Assembly: GCA_021158435.1 (NCBI GenBank)
Contig: JAGGUQ010000010.1
Coordinates: forward strand, 1 to 45,492
DNA from: a bacterium
Lineage (GTDB): Bacteria > Patescibacteriota > Patescibacteriia > UBA2591 > MWDC01
Length of the DNA stretch: 45,492 nucleotides
Direction: 5' to 3'
Both the position numbers and the translations under genes were made by a program. Positions 1-8,328 of this stretch are shown one piece after another. The notes under the pieces are model-generated. The model was not told where the DNA came from. It saw only the letters and a program-made list of their open reading frames with translations, and did not search any database. Position 1 is the first letter of the stretch. Every line of letters begins with the position of its first letter.

Positions 1-78
1 AAAAGTCTGTTCTTGACAGATTTTATTTTTTTGTTTTGCTGATAGTGGAGCAATTATTTTTTATTTTATCGCAATTTT

Positions 79-1389
79 ATGTTAGACATTAAGTTTATTC
101 AAAAAAACAAAGAAGAAGTAAAAAAAGCAGTTAAAGTTAAGGACATTGATTTAGATGTTGATGAGCTTTTAGAAGTTTATAAAAAAAGGAATCAGTTGTT
201 AGTTCAAATTGAGCAGTTAAGAAAAAAGAGAAACGAATTAAGTAAAAAAGCAGGGCAAACTTCTTCTAAAGAAGATTTTTTGAAATATAGGGAGGAAAAC
301 AGGAGAATAAAAGAAGAATTAAAAAAATTAGAAGAAAAATACAGAAAAGTAGAAAAAGAATATCAGGAAAAGATGCTTTTGGTTCCAAATATTCCTTCTC
401 AAGATACTCCGATAGGTAAGGATCCTTCTGATAATAAAGTGGTCTCTTTTTGGGGAAAAGTTCCTCAATTTAAATTTTCTCCTAGAAGTCATATTGAATT
501 AGGCGAGAAATTAGATTTGATTGATTTTCAACGGGGAGTTAGGATTTCAGGATTTAGGGGTTATTATCTTAAGAATGAGGCTGTTTTGATGCAAATAGGT
601 TTAATGTGGTTTGCTTTAAAAAAATTAGAAAAAAAAGGATATAAATTATTTATTCCTCCTGTTTTAGTCAAAGAATTTGCTTTAATAGGCAGTGGGCATT
701 TCCCTTTTGGCAAAGAAGATATTTTCCAAATAGCTAATCCAGAAGAAATAAAAAGTGAACAAAACTTAGAGGAAAATTCATTGTTCTTAGCAGGAACATC
801 TGAACCTTCTTTATTAGCTTATTTTGCTAATGAAGTTTTAGATGAGAAAGATTTACCAGTAAAAGTTTGTGGTTTTTCCCCATGCTATCGTTCTGAAGTA
901 GGAAGTTATGGTAAAGATGCAAAAGGATTATATCGCTTACATGAGTTTATGAAAGTTGAACAGGTTGTTCTTTGCAAAAATGATCTTAAAGAATCAAATA
1001 AATATTTAGAGGAAATTCGTGAAAACGCAGAGGAAATTTTAAAAGATTTGAAACTCCCTTATCGAGTAGTTCAAGTTTGTACTGGTGATATGGGCGCAGG
1101 AAAGATTAAAATGTATGATATAGAAACATGGATGCCCTCAAGAAATGAATATAGTGAAACCCATTCAGCTTCTAATCTTGGTGATTGGCAGGCAAGGAGA
1201 TTAAATATAAAATATAAGACAAAAACAGGCGAGAAAAAATATGTTCATACTTTAAACAATACAGCTATTGCTTCACCAAGAATTTTAATCCCTATATTAG
1301 AGATTTATCAGCAAAAAAATGGGGAAGTTAAGGTGCCTAAGGTTTTAAGGCCATTTCTTAGAAAAAAAATTATTAAACCGAAAGAATAA
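79..1389 (+). CDS. serS: Seryl-tRNA synthetase
   Basis: N-terminal MLDIKFI coiled-coil arm; class II motifs GTSE, CYRSEVG..GLYRLHEFMKVE, YDIETWMP, HTLNNTAIA. Confidence 0.98.
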   Translation: MLDIKFIQKNKEEVKKAVKVKDIDLDVDELLEVYKKRNQLLVQIEQLRKKRNELSKKAGQTSSKEDFLKYREENRRIKEELKKLEEKYRKVEKEYQEKMLLVPNIPSQDTPIGKDPSDNKVVSFWGKVPQFKFSPRSHIELGEKLDLIDFQRGVRISGFRGYYLKNEAVLMQIGLMWFALKKLEKKGYKLFIPPVLVKEFALIGSGHFPFGKEDIFQIANPEEIKSEQNLEENSLFLAGTSEPSLLAYFANEVLDEKDLPVKVCGFSPCYRSEVGSYGKDAKGLYRLHEFMKVEQVVLCKNDLKESNKYLEEIRENAEEILKDLKLPYRVVQVCTGDMGAGKIKMYDIETWMPSRNEYSETHSASNLGDWQARRLNIKYKTKTGEKKYVHTLNNTAIASPRILIPILEIYQQKNGEVKVPKVLRPFLRKKIIKPKE

Positions 1390-2069
1390 TGGAGAAATGT
1401 GGCTTTTTACTTATTAACAAACCTGCAGGTTTAACCTCGCATGATGTTATTGATGAGTTAAGGAAAATAACCGGAATTAAAAAAATAGGCCATAGTGGCA
1501 TTTTGGATCCTTTGGCTACTGGACTTTTAGTAGTTGGTGTTGGGAGGGAAGCAACAAAAAAATTATCTGACTTTTTGAAAATGGATAAAGAGTATGTGGC
1601 TAAAATAAGATTAGGCGCAGTTTCAGAAACATTGGATAAACAAGGGCCAATAAAAGAGGTAAAAGTAAAAAAAATTCCTTCACAAGAAGAAGTGAGGGAA
1701 TTTTTAAATAAATTTATTGGAGATATAGAGCAGGTTCCTCCAATATATTCAGCAAAACACTTTAAAGGAAAAAGACTTTATCAATTAGCCAGACAAGGAA
1801 TAAAAGTTACCCCAGAACCAATTAAGGTAAAAGTATATTATCTTAATTTACTGGATTACTCTTGGCCTTATCTTAAAATAAAAACAAAAGTAAGTTCTGG
1901 GACGTATTTAAGGTCTTTAGCTAGAGATATTGGAGATGCTTTAGGATGTAAAGGTTATTTAGAAAACCTAGTTAGAACTAAAGTTGGTTCTTTTGATTTG
2001 GAGCAGGCAGTAGATTTAAATAAGCTTAATTCTTCAAATTGGGAAAATTTTTTAAAGGAAGTAAATTAA
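1389..2069 (+). CDS. truB: tRNA pseudouridine(55) synthase, short form without PUA domain
   Basis: NKPAGLTSHD, KIGHSGILDPLATG (catalytic Asp), PPIYSA, SGTYLRSLARDIG; TAATG overlap with the serS stop. Confidence 0.96.
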   Translation: MEKCGFLLINKPAGLTSHDVIDELRKITGIKKIGHSGILDPLATGLLVVGVGREATKKLSDFLKMDKEYVAKIRLGAVSETLDKQGPIKEVKVKKIPSQEEVREFLNKFIGDIEQVPPIYSAKHFKGKRLYQLARQGIKVTPEPIKVKVYYLNLLDYSWPYLKIKTKVSSGTYLRSLARDIGDALGCKGYLENLVRTKVGSFDLEQAVDLNKLNSSNWENFLKEVN

Positions 2070-2073
2070 TGGA

Positions 2074-3396
2074 TCAATAAATCATTTCACCTGTTGGGTA
2101 GAATTTTACTTCTTCTGGGCTAAGTGTTATTATATCTTCCCATTTATATCCTTTTTGGATAAAAACCTCAGCTGAATAAATTGGATATTTCATTCCATGT
2201 TTAAGTGTGTAAACTGTTGTTTTAAGAGGTGATTTTATAAGAGTTACTTGGGGATATTTTAACATTTCAGAATAGTCAACTGGCTCTATATCTTCCCATT
2301 TAAATCCATAGCTTTTAAATATTTCTGGACTAGGAATCCAGTGTTTTTTATTATTGCTATAAATAGCATAGACCTGAGGTGTTTTTTTAACTTTAATTAG
2401 CTTTATTGGTTTTTCCCAGAAATCCGAATTATTATTTATTTGTTTTTTTGTTTTAAAGCTAAGAGGAGGGGATTCTATTTTGTCTCCAAAAATATCTTCA
2501 ACTACTACTTTATATACATACTCAGTTGCTGGTTTAAGATTAGTTAAAAATATAAGATGCTTTGTTTTTTTTGGAGAAGAGGAAATAATTTTTTTATTAA
2601 ATCGGTTTTCTCCATAAAGAATTGTAGCTGTGGTTAATCTGTTTGTTTCCACTTTAACAAGCGCACTGTTTGATTTAATGTCCACTTGATTGTCAGAGGT
2701 AGGCGAAAGATAATTGATTTTTAATTCAGAGCGTTGATTGTCATTAGTGTCAATGGTTTGAAAATTTAAAATGCCCGAGGAGCTGGAATTTTTTTCTTTG
2801 TCTTTAGATGTGAATTGGAAGTAATATTTAGTTGATGGAGATAAATTTGTAAGAGAAATTTCGTGAAAGGTTTGATATTGATAGGTTTTTTTATATTTTT
2901 TTAATTCCTTGGGACTGGTCCCATATCTAAAAACATCTTTTGCTGGTTCATTGGTTTCCCAGGTTATTATTGCTGTTGTTCCAGTAATAGAAAGTATTTT
3001 TATCTTGCTAATTTTAGGTGGATCAGCATCTTGATATTTTTCAGTTGTGAAATAAGTTTCATTTGAAATAATGCGGTTATTGAGAGAGTCTTGGCTGTAA
3101 ATTCTTAAATAATAAGTAGTTTGAGGGGAAAGATTAGAAAGAGTTGCTTTATGAGATGTTGACAAGGAATTTTCAGAATTTGCCCAGAATAAGTAATTGT
3201 TTTTTTCAAAGCCAAATTTTACAATTCCTTGGCTGGTTTTATTAGTAGTCCAAAGTATTTCAGCTGAATCATCAGTTATATTTTTGATTTTTATATTTGT
3301 GATTTCAAGGGTTTCAGCTTTTAATTGTTGGCTGTTAAAAGTAGCAATAAATGTTAAGAGTAGAATTAAAACAATTTTTTTAGTTTTGCTTGTCAT
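2074..3396 (-). CDS. Secreted protein with three fibronectin type III / purple-acid-phosphatase-N-like domains and two C-terminal repeats
   Basis: Signal-peptide-like N-terminus; three H..L.NL.P.T.Y repeats; two LIK....VY.......I.S.E.F...G.KWEDI repeats. Confidence 0.8.
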   Translation of the reverse strand: MTSKTKKIVLILLLTFIATFNSQQLKAETLEITNIKIKNITDDSAEILWTTNKTSQGIVKFGFEKNNYLFWANSENSLSTSHKATLSNLSPQTTYYLRIYSQDSLNNRIISNETYFTTEKYQDADPPKISKIKILSITGTTAIITWETNEPAKDVFRYGTSPKELKKYKKTYQYQTFHEISLTNLSPSTKYYFQFTSKDKEKNSSSSGILNFQTIDTNDNQRSELKINYLSPTSDNQVDIKSNSALVKVETNRLTTATILYGENRFNKKIISSSPKKTKHLIFLTNLKPATEYVYKVVVEDIFGDKIESPPLSFKTKKQINNNSDFWEKPIKLIKVKKTPQVYAIYSNNKKHWIPSPEIFKSYGFKWEDIEPVDYSEMLKYPQVTLIKSPLKTTVYTLKHGMKYPIYSAEVFIQKGYKWEDIITLSPEEVKFYPTGEMIY

Positions 3397-3419
3397 TTTA
3401 GATATGTTTATATGTAAAC

Positions 3420-3447
3420 AACATAGCTATTTGCCTTGTTTTGTCAA
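3420..3447 (-). promoter_or_regulatory. Putative sigma70 promoter for the FN3 gene (TTGACA-N16-TATGTT)
   Basis: Reverse-strand TTGACA at 3447-3442 and TATGTT at 3425-3420. Confidence 0.55.
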
Positions 3448-3458
3448 GGAACAATAAA

Positions 3459-3486
3459 TTGACAGATTTTATATTTTCTTTATACT
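3459..3486 (+). promoter_or_regulatory. Putative sigma70 promoter (TTGACA-N16-TATACT)
   Basis: Near-consensus hexamers, back-to-back with the divergent promoter. Confidence 0.7.
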
Positions 3487-3520
3487 ATTTCATATTTCTG
3501 GAACCTTAAAAGTAAAAATT

Positions 3521-3530
3521 GAAAGGAGGG
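3521..3530 (+). promoter_or_regulatory. Strong Shine-Dalgarno site GAAAGGAGGG
   Basis: AAGGAGG lies 8 nt before ATG 3538. Confidence 0.75.
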
Positions 3531-3537
3531 AAAACTA

Positions 3538-4227
3538 ATGGGAGAGGCGAGAAAGCACCTTCATTATGTTCCGCGATCTATTAAGGAGCAAATGTGGATT
3601 TTAAAACAGCTTTTCCCCGGCCAAGTAAATCAAGCACCTTCTGGCCTTCAGTTAAAGCTTGCTTTGGCTTTTTCTAATATGTCTATTTTGGAAAGTGTTG
3701 CTTTAGAAGGCGTTTTTGTCGTTCCTCGGTGGGAAAGAATAGCCAGTTCTTATGCTAAAGCAACAGAAAAAGTTTTAGACCTACTGAAAAAAACCCGACA
3801 TTTAAGGAATTGTCGAGATGGGAAAATTTTAAATTATTTGAAAAGAAACAAGGACACAGAAAAGTTAATAGGAAAGATTATTGAAAAGAACGGAATGAGT
3901 GATTTTGATGTAGTTGTAATTCCAGCTCAAACAGGAATTTTGTATCAAGGAAAGAGCTTTTATCAGGCTAAGGAAAAATTTCTTCCGGACGAGTTTGGTT
4001 TGGGGATTTTTGAAGTAGCTTGTATTTTGCTTACTCATCCTGAAAGATTATGTGAAGAGAATCATTTGAGAATTCTTTGCGCAGATGATTATTCTGTGTC
4101 CCCAAAAGGAGGAAAGTGTAACCATATCATGTATTTTGGGATTCAAGATGGCCTGTTGCAATGTGGGAGGAAATCTAAGGATTTTGCTTCTGGTTTATAT
4201 GGCTTGGCTAGCGGCATCGCCTATTAA
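3538..4227 (+). CDS. Hypothetical protein of a CPR family (FGLG..V..LLTHPERL...YG.ASG); possible C-type-lectin-fold DGR-target-like protein
   Basis: 229-aa ORF with its own promoter, SD and terminator; family resemblance recalled from memory, not searched. Confidence 0.6.
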   Translation: MGEARKHLHYVPRSIKEQMWILKQLFPGQVNQAPSGLQLKLALAFSNMSILESVALEGVFVVPRWERIASSYAKATEKVLDLLKKTRHLRNCRDGKILNYLKRNKDTEKLIGKIIEKNGMSDFDVVVIPAQTGILYQGKSFYQAKEKFLPDEFGLGIFEVACILLTHPERLCEENHLRILCADDYSVSPKGGKCNHIMYFGIQDGLLQCGRKSKDFASGLYGLASGIAY

Positions 4228-4240
4228 CAAGATGAAATTT

Positions 4241-4272
4241 AAGGCTTCCTAATAAGGAAGCCTTTTCTTTTT
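4241..4272 (+). terminator. Intrinsic terminator
   Basis: AAGGCTTCCT-aata-AGGAAGCCTT perfect 10-bp stem followed by TTCTTTTT. Confidence 0.85.
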
Positions 4273-4286
4273 CCTCAATTAATAGG

Positions 4287-4314
4287 TTGTCTTAATTTTT
4301 TAAATTGTTATAAT
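4287..4314 (+). promoter_or_regulatory. Putative extended -10 promoter (TTGTCT-N16-TATAAT, with TGn)
   Basis: TGTTATAAT at 4306-4314. Confidence 0.7.
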
Positions 4315-4365
4315 TACTTTAGAGGTGTCAAAGGTCGTTTGAATTGGATTTAAGAGTTCAATTTT

Positions 4366-4590
4366 ATGAAAACAGCTATTATTGCTATTGTTGTTGCAGT
4401 TATTTTAATTGTTGTTGTTCTTCTTTTATTAAAGAAAAGAAAAAAAGGAGCAACTGAGAGTGAATTTAAGCAGCCAAAAGTAGAGCAATCTGAAGGTGTT
4501 TCTTCTCAAGAACAAGGGCAAGAAGTTGTTTCTTCCCAGGGGCAAGTAGAGGAACCATCAGGAGAACAAAAAGAACAGTCAGAACAATAG
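4366..4590 (+). CDS. Small single-pass membrane protein with a Q/E/S-rich disordered tail
   Basis: Hydrophobic N-terminal helix, then KKRKK, then a low-complexity tail. Confidence 0.7.
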   Translation: MKTAIIAIVVAVILIVVVLLLLKKRKKGATESEFKQPKVEQSEGVSSQEQGQEVVSSQGQVEEPSGEQKEQSEQ

Positions 4591-4639
4591 GTTGTAAAGG
4601 TGATTAGTTTGATTTAGAGTTTAAAAGAATAGACTGCTT

Positions 4640-6232
4640 ATGCTTAAATTAAAAACAAAAACAAGTCGAGTTATCTTTTGTTTATTTATCATTATTAGTT
4701 TGGTTGGAGGATTTAATTTGCCTGCTTTAGCTCAAGAACAAACAGATGAACCTGCTCTTATTGAGGAAGTTAATATCCAGCCAAAACAATTAGAACAGGA
4801 AGAAGTACAGGGAGGAGAAGCAGAAGAAGGATCTGTTTTAGATCAAATTCAACCAGAAGAACTTGAGGTATCTGAACCCAAACTTTTACCTTCAAGCCCT
4901 TTTTATTTCTTGAAGAATTTGAGAAGAAAGGTACAGATGGCTTTTACTTTTAATCGTTTGAAGAAAGCAGAGCTTCAGTTGAAAATTGCTAATGAAAAGC
5001 TTTTAGAGGCAAGGAAATTGTTAGAACAGGCAAGACAAAAACAAAGAGCTTTGGAAACTTTTGAAAAATATAAAAAAGAAATGCAAGAACTTAGACAGAA
5101 ATTAGAGAGACTTGAAGTTGAGGATCCTGAGAAAAAGCAGGAATTATTAAAGAAGGTTTTAGATCACAGTTTAAAGCATCAGCAAATTTTAGATAGGGTT
5201 GAGGAGGGAATTTTGGAAGAACAAGGTGAAGAGCAATACAAGAAGTTTTCTGAATTAAAGAAAAAGGCTTTAGAGCACAGCCTGGAAGGCATTTTAAAGA
5301 TTTCTAATAAAGAAGAATTAGAGGAAATAACTAGTCAAGTAATTGAAAGACAAAAACAAGAGCCCTTAAGAGGAATTAAGGTGTTAGAAGTTTTAGAAAG
5401 AGTAAAAGAACAGGTCCCTGAACAGGCTAAGCCAGTAATTGAAGGCGTAAGGGAAAAAATAAAGCAAAGAATAGCAGAAGCATTGAAAGATAGGATTGCT
5501 GAAGGGAAAGAAGACTTAAAGGTAGAGGCTTTGCCTGGAAATAAAGTGGAGCATTTAAGAGCTATTTCAGAGATTCAAGAGGTAGCCCCAGGTGAATTAG
5601 TCAAAGAAAAATTAGAAAGAATGAAGCAAGCCTTGCTCGAAAAAACAGAGCAAGAAGTTAAGAAATTTAACAGCCAAGAAGCGAAAGAGGAGTATCTTAA
5701 GCCATTAAGAGCAGGTGAAGTAGACAAGATTGAATTAATTAAGAGGTTAAAGGAAAGAATGCCTGGTGAGCAAGAAAAGCAAATATTAGAAAAAATAAGG
5801 GAACAATCTTTGTTAGAGTTAAAAAAGCGGATAGAACAAGAAGAAGATGAAACAAAAAGAGAGCAGATTTTAGAGAGAATGAAACAAAGACTTGAAATTA
5901 AAAAACCAGAAGAATTTTTGGAAAGGGTTCAAAAAGAGGTAGAAGAAAGGACAAGACAGAGATTAGAGCTTGAAAAACCTGAAGAATCTTCAGGGGGAAT
6001 TCAAAAAGAAGTAGAAGAAAAAATAAGGGAGAGATTAGAAATTGGAAAACCAGAATTAGAAAAACCCGTGGAGAAAGTACAGAAAAAAGAGCAAGAAAGA
6101 GTAGGACAAAAGTTAGAAATTAGAAAACAAAAGCCAGAAGAAGTTAAAAAATCAGAACCAGAAGAGAAAGTAGAAAAGCCAGAAGAAAAACAACAAGGCC
6201 CAACAAAAGAAGATAAAGGAAAACAAAAATAG
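4640..6232 (+). CDS. Secreted DUF5667-like helical/coiled-coil protein
   Basis: Signal peptide ending ALA-Q; LLPSSPFYFLK...KAEL.LKIANEKLLEA motif; E/K-rich; C-terminal 24-aa repeats. Confidence 0.75.
   Translation: MLKLKTKTSRVIFCLFIIISLVGGFNLPALAQEQTDEPALIEEVNIQPKQLEQEEVQGGEAEEGSVLDQIQPEELEVSEPKLLPSSPFYFLKNLRRKVQMAFTFNRLKKAELQLKIANEKLLEARKLLEQARQKQRALETFEKYKKEMQELRQKLERLEVEDPEKKQELLKKVLDHSLKHQQILDRVEEGILEEQGEEQYKKFSELKKKALEHSLEGILKISNKEELEEITSQVIERQKQEPLRGIKVLEVLERVKEQVPEQAKPVIEGVREKIKQRIAEALKDRIAEGKEDLKVEALPGNKVEHLRAISEIQEVAPGELVKEKLERMKQALLEKTEQEVKKFNSQEAKEEYLKPLRAGEVDKIELIKRLKERMPGEQEKQILEKIREQSLLELKKRIEQEEDETKREQILERMKQRLEIKKPEEFLERVQKEVEERTRQRLELEKPEESSGGIQKEVEEKIRERLEIGKPELEKPVEKVQKKEQERVGQKLEIRKQKPEEVKKSEPEEKVEKPEEKQQGPTKEDKGKQK
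5888..6140 (+). repeat. Intragenic degenerate 72-nt (24-aa) tandem repeat, about 3.5 copies
   Basis: RLEIKKPEE / RLELEKPEE / RLEIGKPEL / KLEIRKQKPEE start at 5888, 5960, 6032 and 6110. Confidence 0.8.
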
Positions 6233-6239
6233 GCTTAAT

Positions 6240-6587
6240 ATGATTCAGAGTTATTCTTTTGGGGAGATTAAAGTCGGAAATAAGTGCTTTAATCATGACG
6301 TTTATCTGAATTGCCAGGGACAGGCAATTCCCTGGCAAAGACAAACTTCCCATTGGATTGACTTGAATGATATTAAGGAATTTTTAGAAGAAAAGCCAGA
6401 TATTGTTATAATTGGAACAGGAAAGTGGGGTGTAGCAAAAGTTTCTGAGAAAGTTTTTGAATGGGCAAAGGAAGAAGGAATTAATTTGATTGTTGAGAAA
6501 ACTTCTTTGGCTGTTCAAAAATATAACGAGTTGATAAGCAAAGAATCAAAAGCTAAGATAGTTGGATTTTTCCATTTAACTTGTTAG
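6240..6587 (+). CDS. Mth938/DUF498-like domain protein
   Basis: IQSYSFGEIKV, PDIVIIGTG, AVQKYNEL, C-terminal FHLTC. Confidence 0.85.
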   Translation: MIQSYSFGEIKVGNKCFNHDVYLNCQGQAIPWQRQTSHWIDLNDIKEFLEEKPDIVIIGTGKWGVAKVSEKVFEWAKEEGINLIVEKTSLAVQKYNELISKESKAKIVGFFHLTC

Positions 6588-6616
6588 TTAGATATTAAGA
6601 AAATTTAAATATTCAT

Positions 6617-6651
6617 TAGCAAAAAGGAGCACTGCTCCTTTTTGCTATTTT
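6617..6651 (+). terminator. Intrinsic terminator, possibly bidirectional
   Basis: TAGCAAAAAGGAGC-act-GCTCCTTTTTGCTA 14-bp stem followed by a T run. Confidence 0.85.
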
Positions 6652-6678
6652 AAGGCTAAACAAGACAAAAAGTTAGTC

Positions 6679-6706
6679 TTGTTTGTTTTTTTATTTCTGT
6701 TATAAT
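6679..6706 (+). promoter_or_regulatory. Putative extended -10 promoter (TTGTTT-N16-TATAAT), probably giving a leaderless ybeY transcript
   Basis: TGTTATAAT at 6698-6706; ATG at 6714. Confidence 0.6.
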
Positions 6707-6713
6707 TATCTTT

Positions 6714-7076
6714 ATGAGCAGGATTAAAAAACCAGTAATTTATTTTAATAATTTAGTTAAAGCACCTTTTACAGATCAATGTATCAAAAGAAGGGCTCGG
6801 CTGATTGCTAATGAGACACTTCCGTCAAAAAATAACCTTTCAGAAATTTCAATTGCTATAGTTGATGAAAAAACCATTCGTCAATTAAACAAAAAGTACC
6901 GGAAAAAGAATAAAGCAACTAGTGTTTTAACTTTTGGTAATATAACTGATGATTCAGCAGAAATTGTTCTTTGTTGGAATAAAATTCATCAGGAAGCAAA
7001 GATTAATGGTTTAAAGCAAAAAGATTATTTTTTCTATGCTTTAAAGCATGGATTTAAAAATTTATTAAAAAAATAA
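6714..7076 (+). CDS. ybeY: YbeY-like rRNA maturation protein with a degenerate, truncated metal site
   Basis: EISIAIV..IRQLNKKYRKKNKATSVLTF; ends HGFKNLLKK instead of HGxLHLxGxDH. Confidence 0.75.
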   Translation: MSRIKKPVIYFNNLVKAPFTDQCIKRRARLIANETLPSKNNLSEISIAIVDEKTIRQLNKKYRKKNKATSVLTFGNITDDSAEIVLCWNKIHQEAKINGLKQKDYFFYALKHGFKNLLKK

Positions 7077-7077
7077 T

Positions 7078-8316
7078 ATGCATTCAGATTTTATTGTAGG
7101 TATAGACTTAGGCTCAAGAACAATCAGAATTGTAGCTGGTAGAGATAATCCAGAATTAAAAGGTATGGAGGTTGTTGCTGCAGTAGAGAGCGAATCTCGG
7201 GGAGTATCAAAAGGAGTGATTACAAATTTAGAAGAAGCAGTTTCAAGTATTTCAGAAGCAGTTGAAAAAATGGAAAAAAAGTTGGGGACAAGAATAGCTA
7301 AAGCAAAAATAGGAGTTGCTGGACCTCATATTAGCGCTATGCAGGCAAAAGAACTTGTAGTAGTTAATCGTCCAGGCGGAGAAATAACTAATTTAGAGAT
7401 TCAGCGGGCCAGGGAGAGTATTGAAAAAAAGTCTGTGCCTCCAAATTATGAAGTACTTCATGTTATTCCTACATCTTTTACAATTGATAATCAAGTAGGA
7501 GTTAAAAATCCAATAGGAATGATTGGGAGCAGGTTGGAAATGGAAGCTTATGTAATTTTAGGATTAAGCAATCAGTTAAAAAGTTTAGAAACAGCTTTTT
7601 CTTCCCGTTGTGGAATAGAAATAACTTCAATGATTTTTACAGCTTTAGCTAGTGCTGAGGCTGTTTTAAACAAAGAACAAAAAGAATTAGGAGTTGTTTT
7701 AGTTGATATTGGTGAAGCAACCACGAGTATAATTGTTTTTGAGGAAGAAGATATATTATTAGTTAAAGTTTTGCCTTTAGGAGCTAGATATGTAACCGCA
7801 GATATAGCTCTAGGCCTTAAAATTCCAATGGATTTAGCTGAGAAAATAAAGGTAAATTATGGTTATGCTTATGTCCCAGATGTGCCTAAGTTTGAGGAAA
7901 TAAATTTAAGTGAATTAGATCCTAAAGTTAAGGGCAATTTTTCAAAAAAAGAAATAGCAGAAATTATTAGTTCAAGATACGAAGAGATATTCAGTTTTGT
8001 TGATGAAGAATTACAACAGATAGACAGAAGCGCGAAGTTGCCAGCAGGGGTTGTTTTAGTTGGGGCAGGTTCTAGAATAGGAGGTTTAGAAAATCTAGCA
8101 AAGCAAGTTTTTAAACTCCCAGCAGGCATAGGAATACCTGTAAATATTGTCTCAGAAACCCGAGAAGAAAGAATTTTTGACCCTGCTTTTGCAGCTAGTG
8201 TAGGGTTGCTTCTAAGAGAGGAAGATGATTTCTTTTTTGGGCATAGAAGCACAAAAAATAGTTCTTATGTATCTAAATTTTTGAAAAAGGTTAGAAATTT
8301 ATTCATTCCAGATTAG
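7078..8316 (+). CDS. ftsA: Cell division protein FtsA
   Basis: VGIDLGS, NPIGMIGSRLE, LGVVLVDIG, GVVLVGAG; upstream of ftsZ. Confidence 0.95.
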   Translation: MHSDFIVGIDLGSRTIRIVAGRDNPELKGMEVVAAVESESRGVSKGVITNLEEAVSSISEAVEKMEKKLGTRIAKAKIGVAGPHISAMQAKELVVVNRPGGEITNLEIQRARESIEKKSVPPNYEVLHVIPTSFTIDNQVGVKNPIGMIGSRLEMEAYVILGLSNQLKSLETAFSSRCGIEITSMIFTALASAEAVLNKEQKELGVVLVDIGEATTSIIVFEEEDILLVKVLPLGARYVTADIALGLKIPMDLAEKIKVNYGYAYVPDVPKFEEINLSELDPKVKGNFSKKEIAEIISSRYEEIFSFVDEELQQIDRSAKLPAGVVLVGAGSRIGGLENLAKQVFKLPAGIGIPVNIVSETREERIFDPAFAASVGLLLREEDDFFFGHRSTKNSSYVSKFLKKVRNLFIPD

Positions 8317-8328
8317 ATCTATTTTATT

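Noticed and set aside
13-26. TTGACAGATTTTAT is identical to 3459-3472
   Set aside because: Explained by a -35 hexamer plus AT-rich sequence; no good -10 at 16-17 bp before serS, so no promoter was called
1-78. T-box leader for serS (also considered for argS)
   Set aside because: No T-box consensus or terminator is visible; the argS start nearly abuts mutM
6616-6647. CIRCE-like look (TTAGCA...TGCTA)
   Set aside because: It does not match TTAGCACTC-N9-GAGTGCTAA and is better explained as a terminator; no CIRCE is seen before hsp20 either
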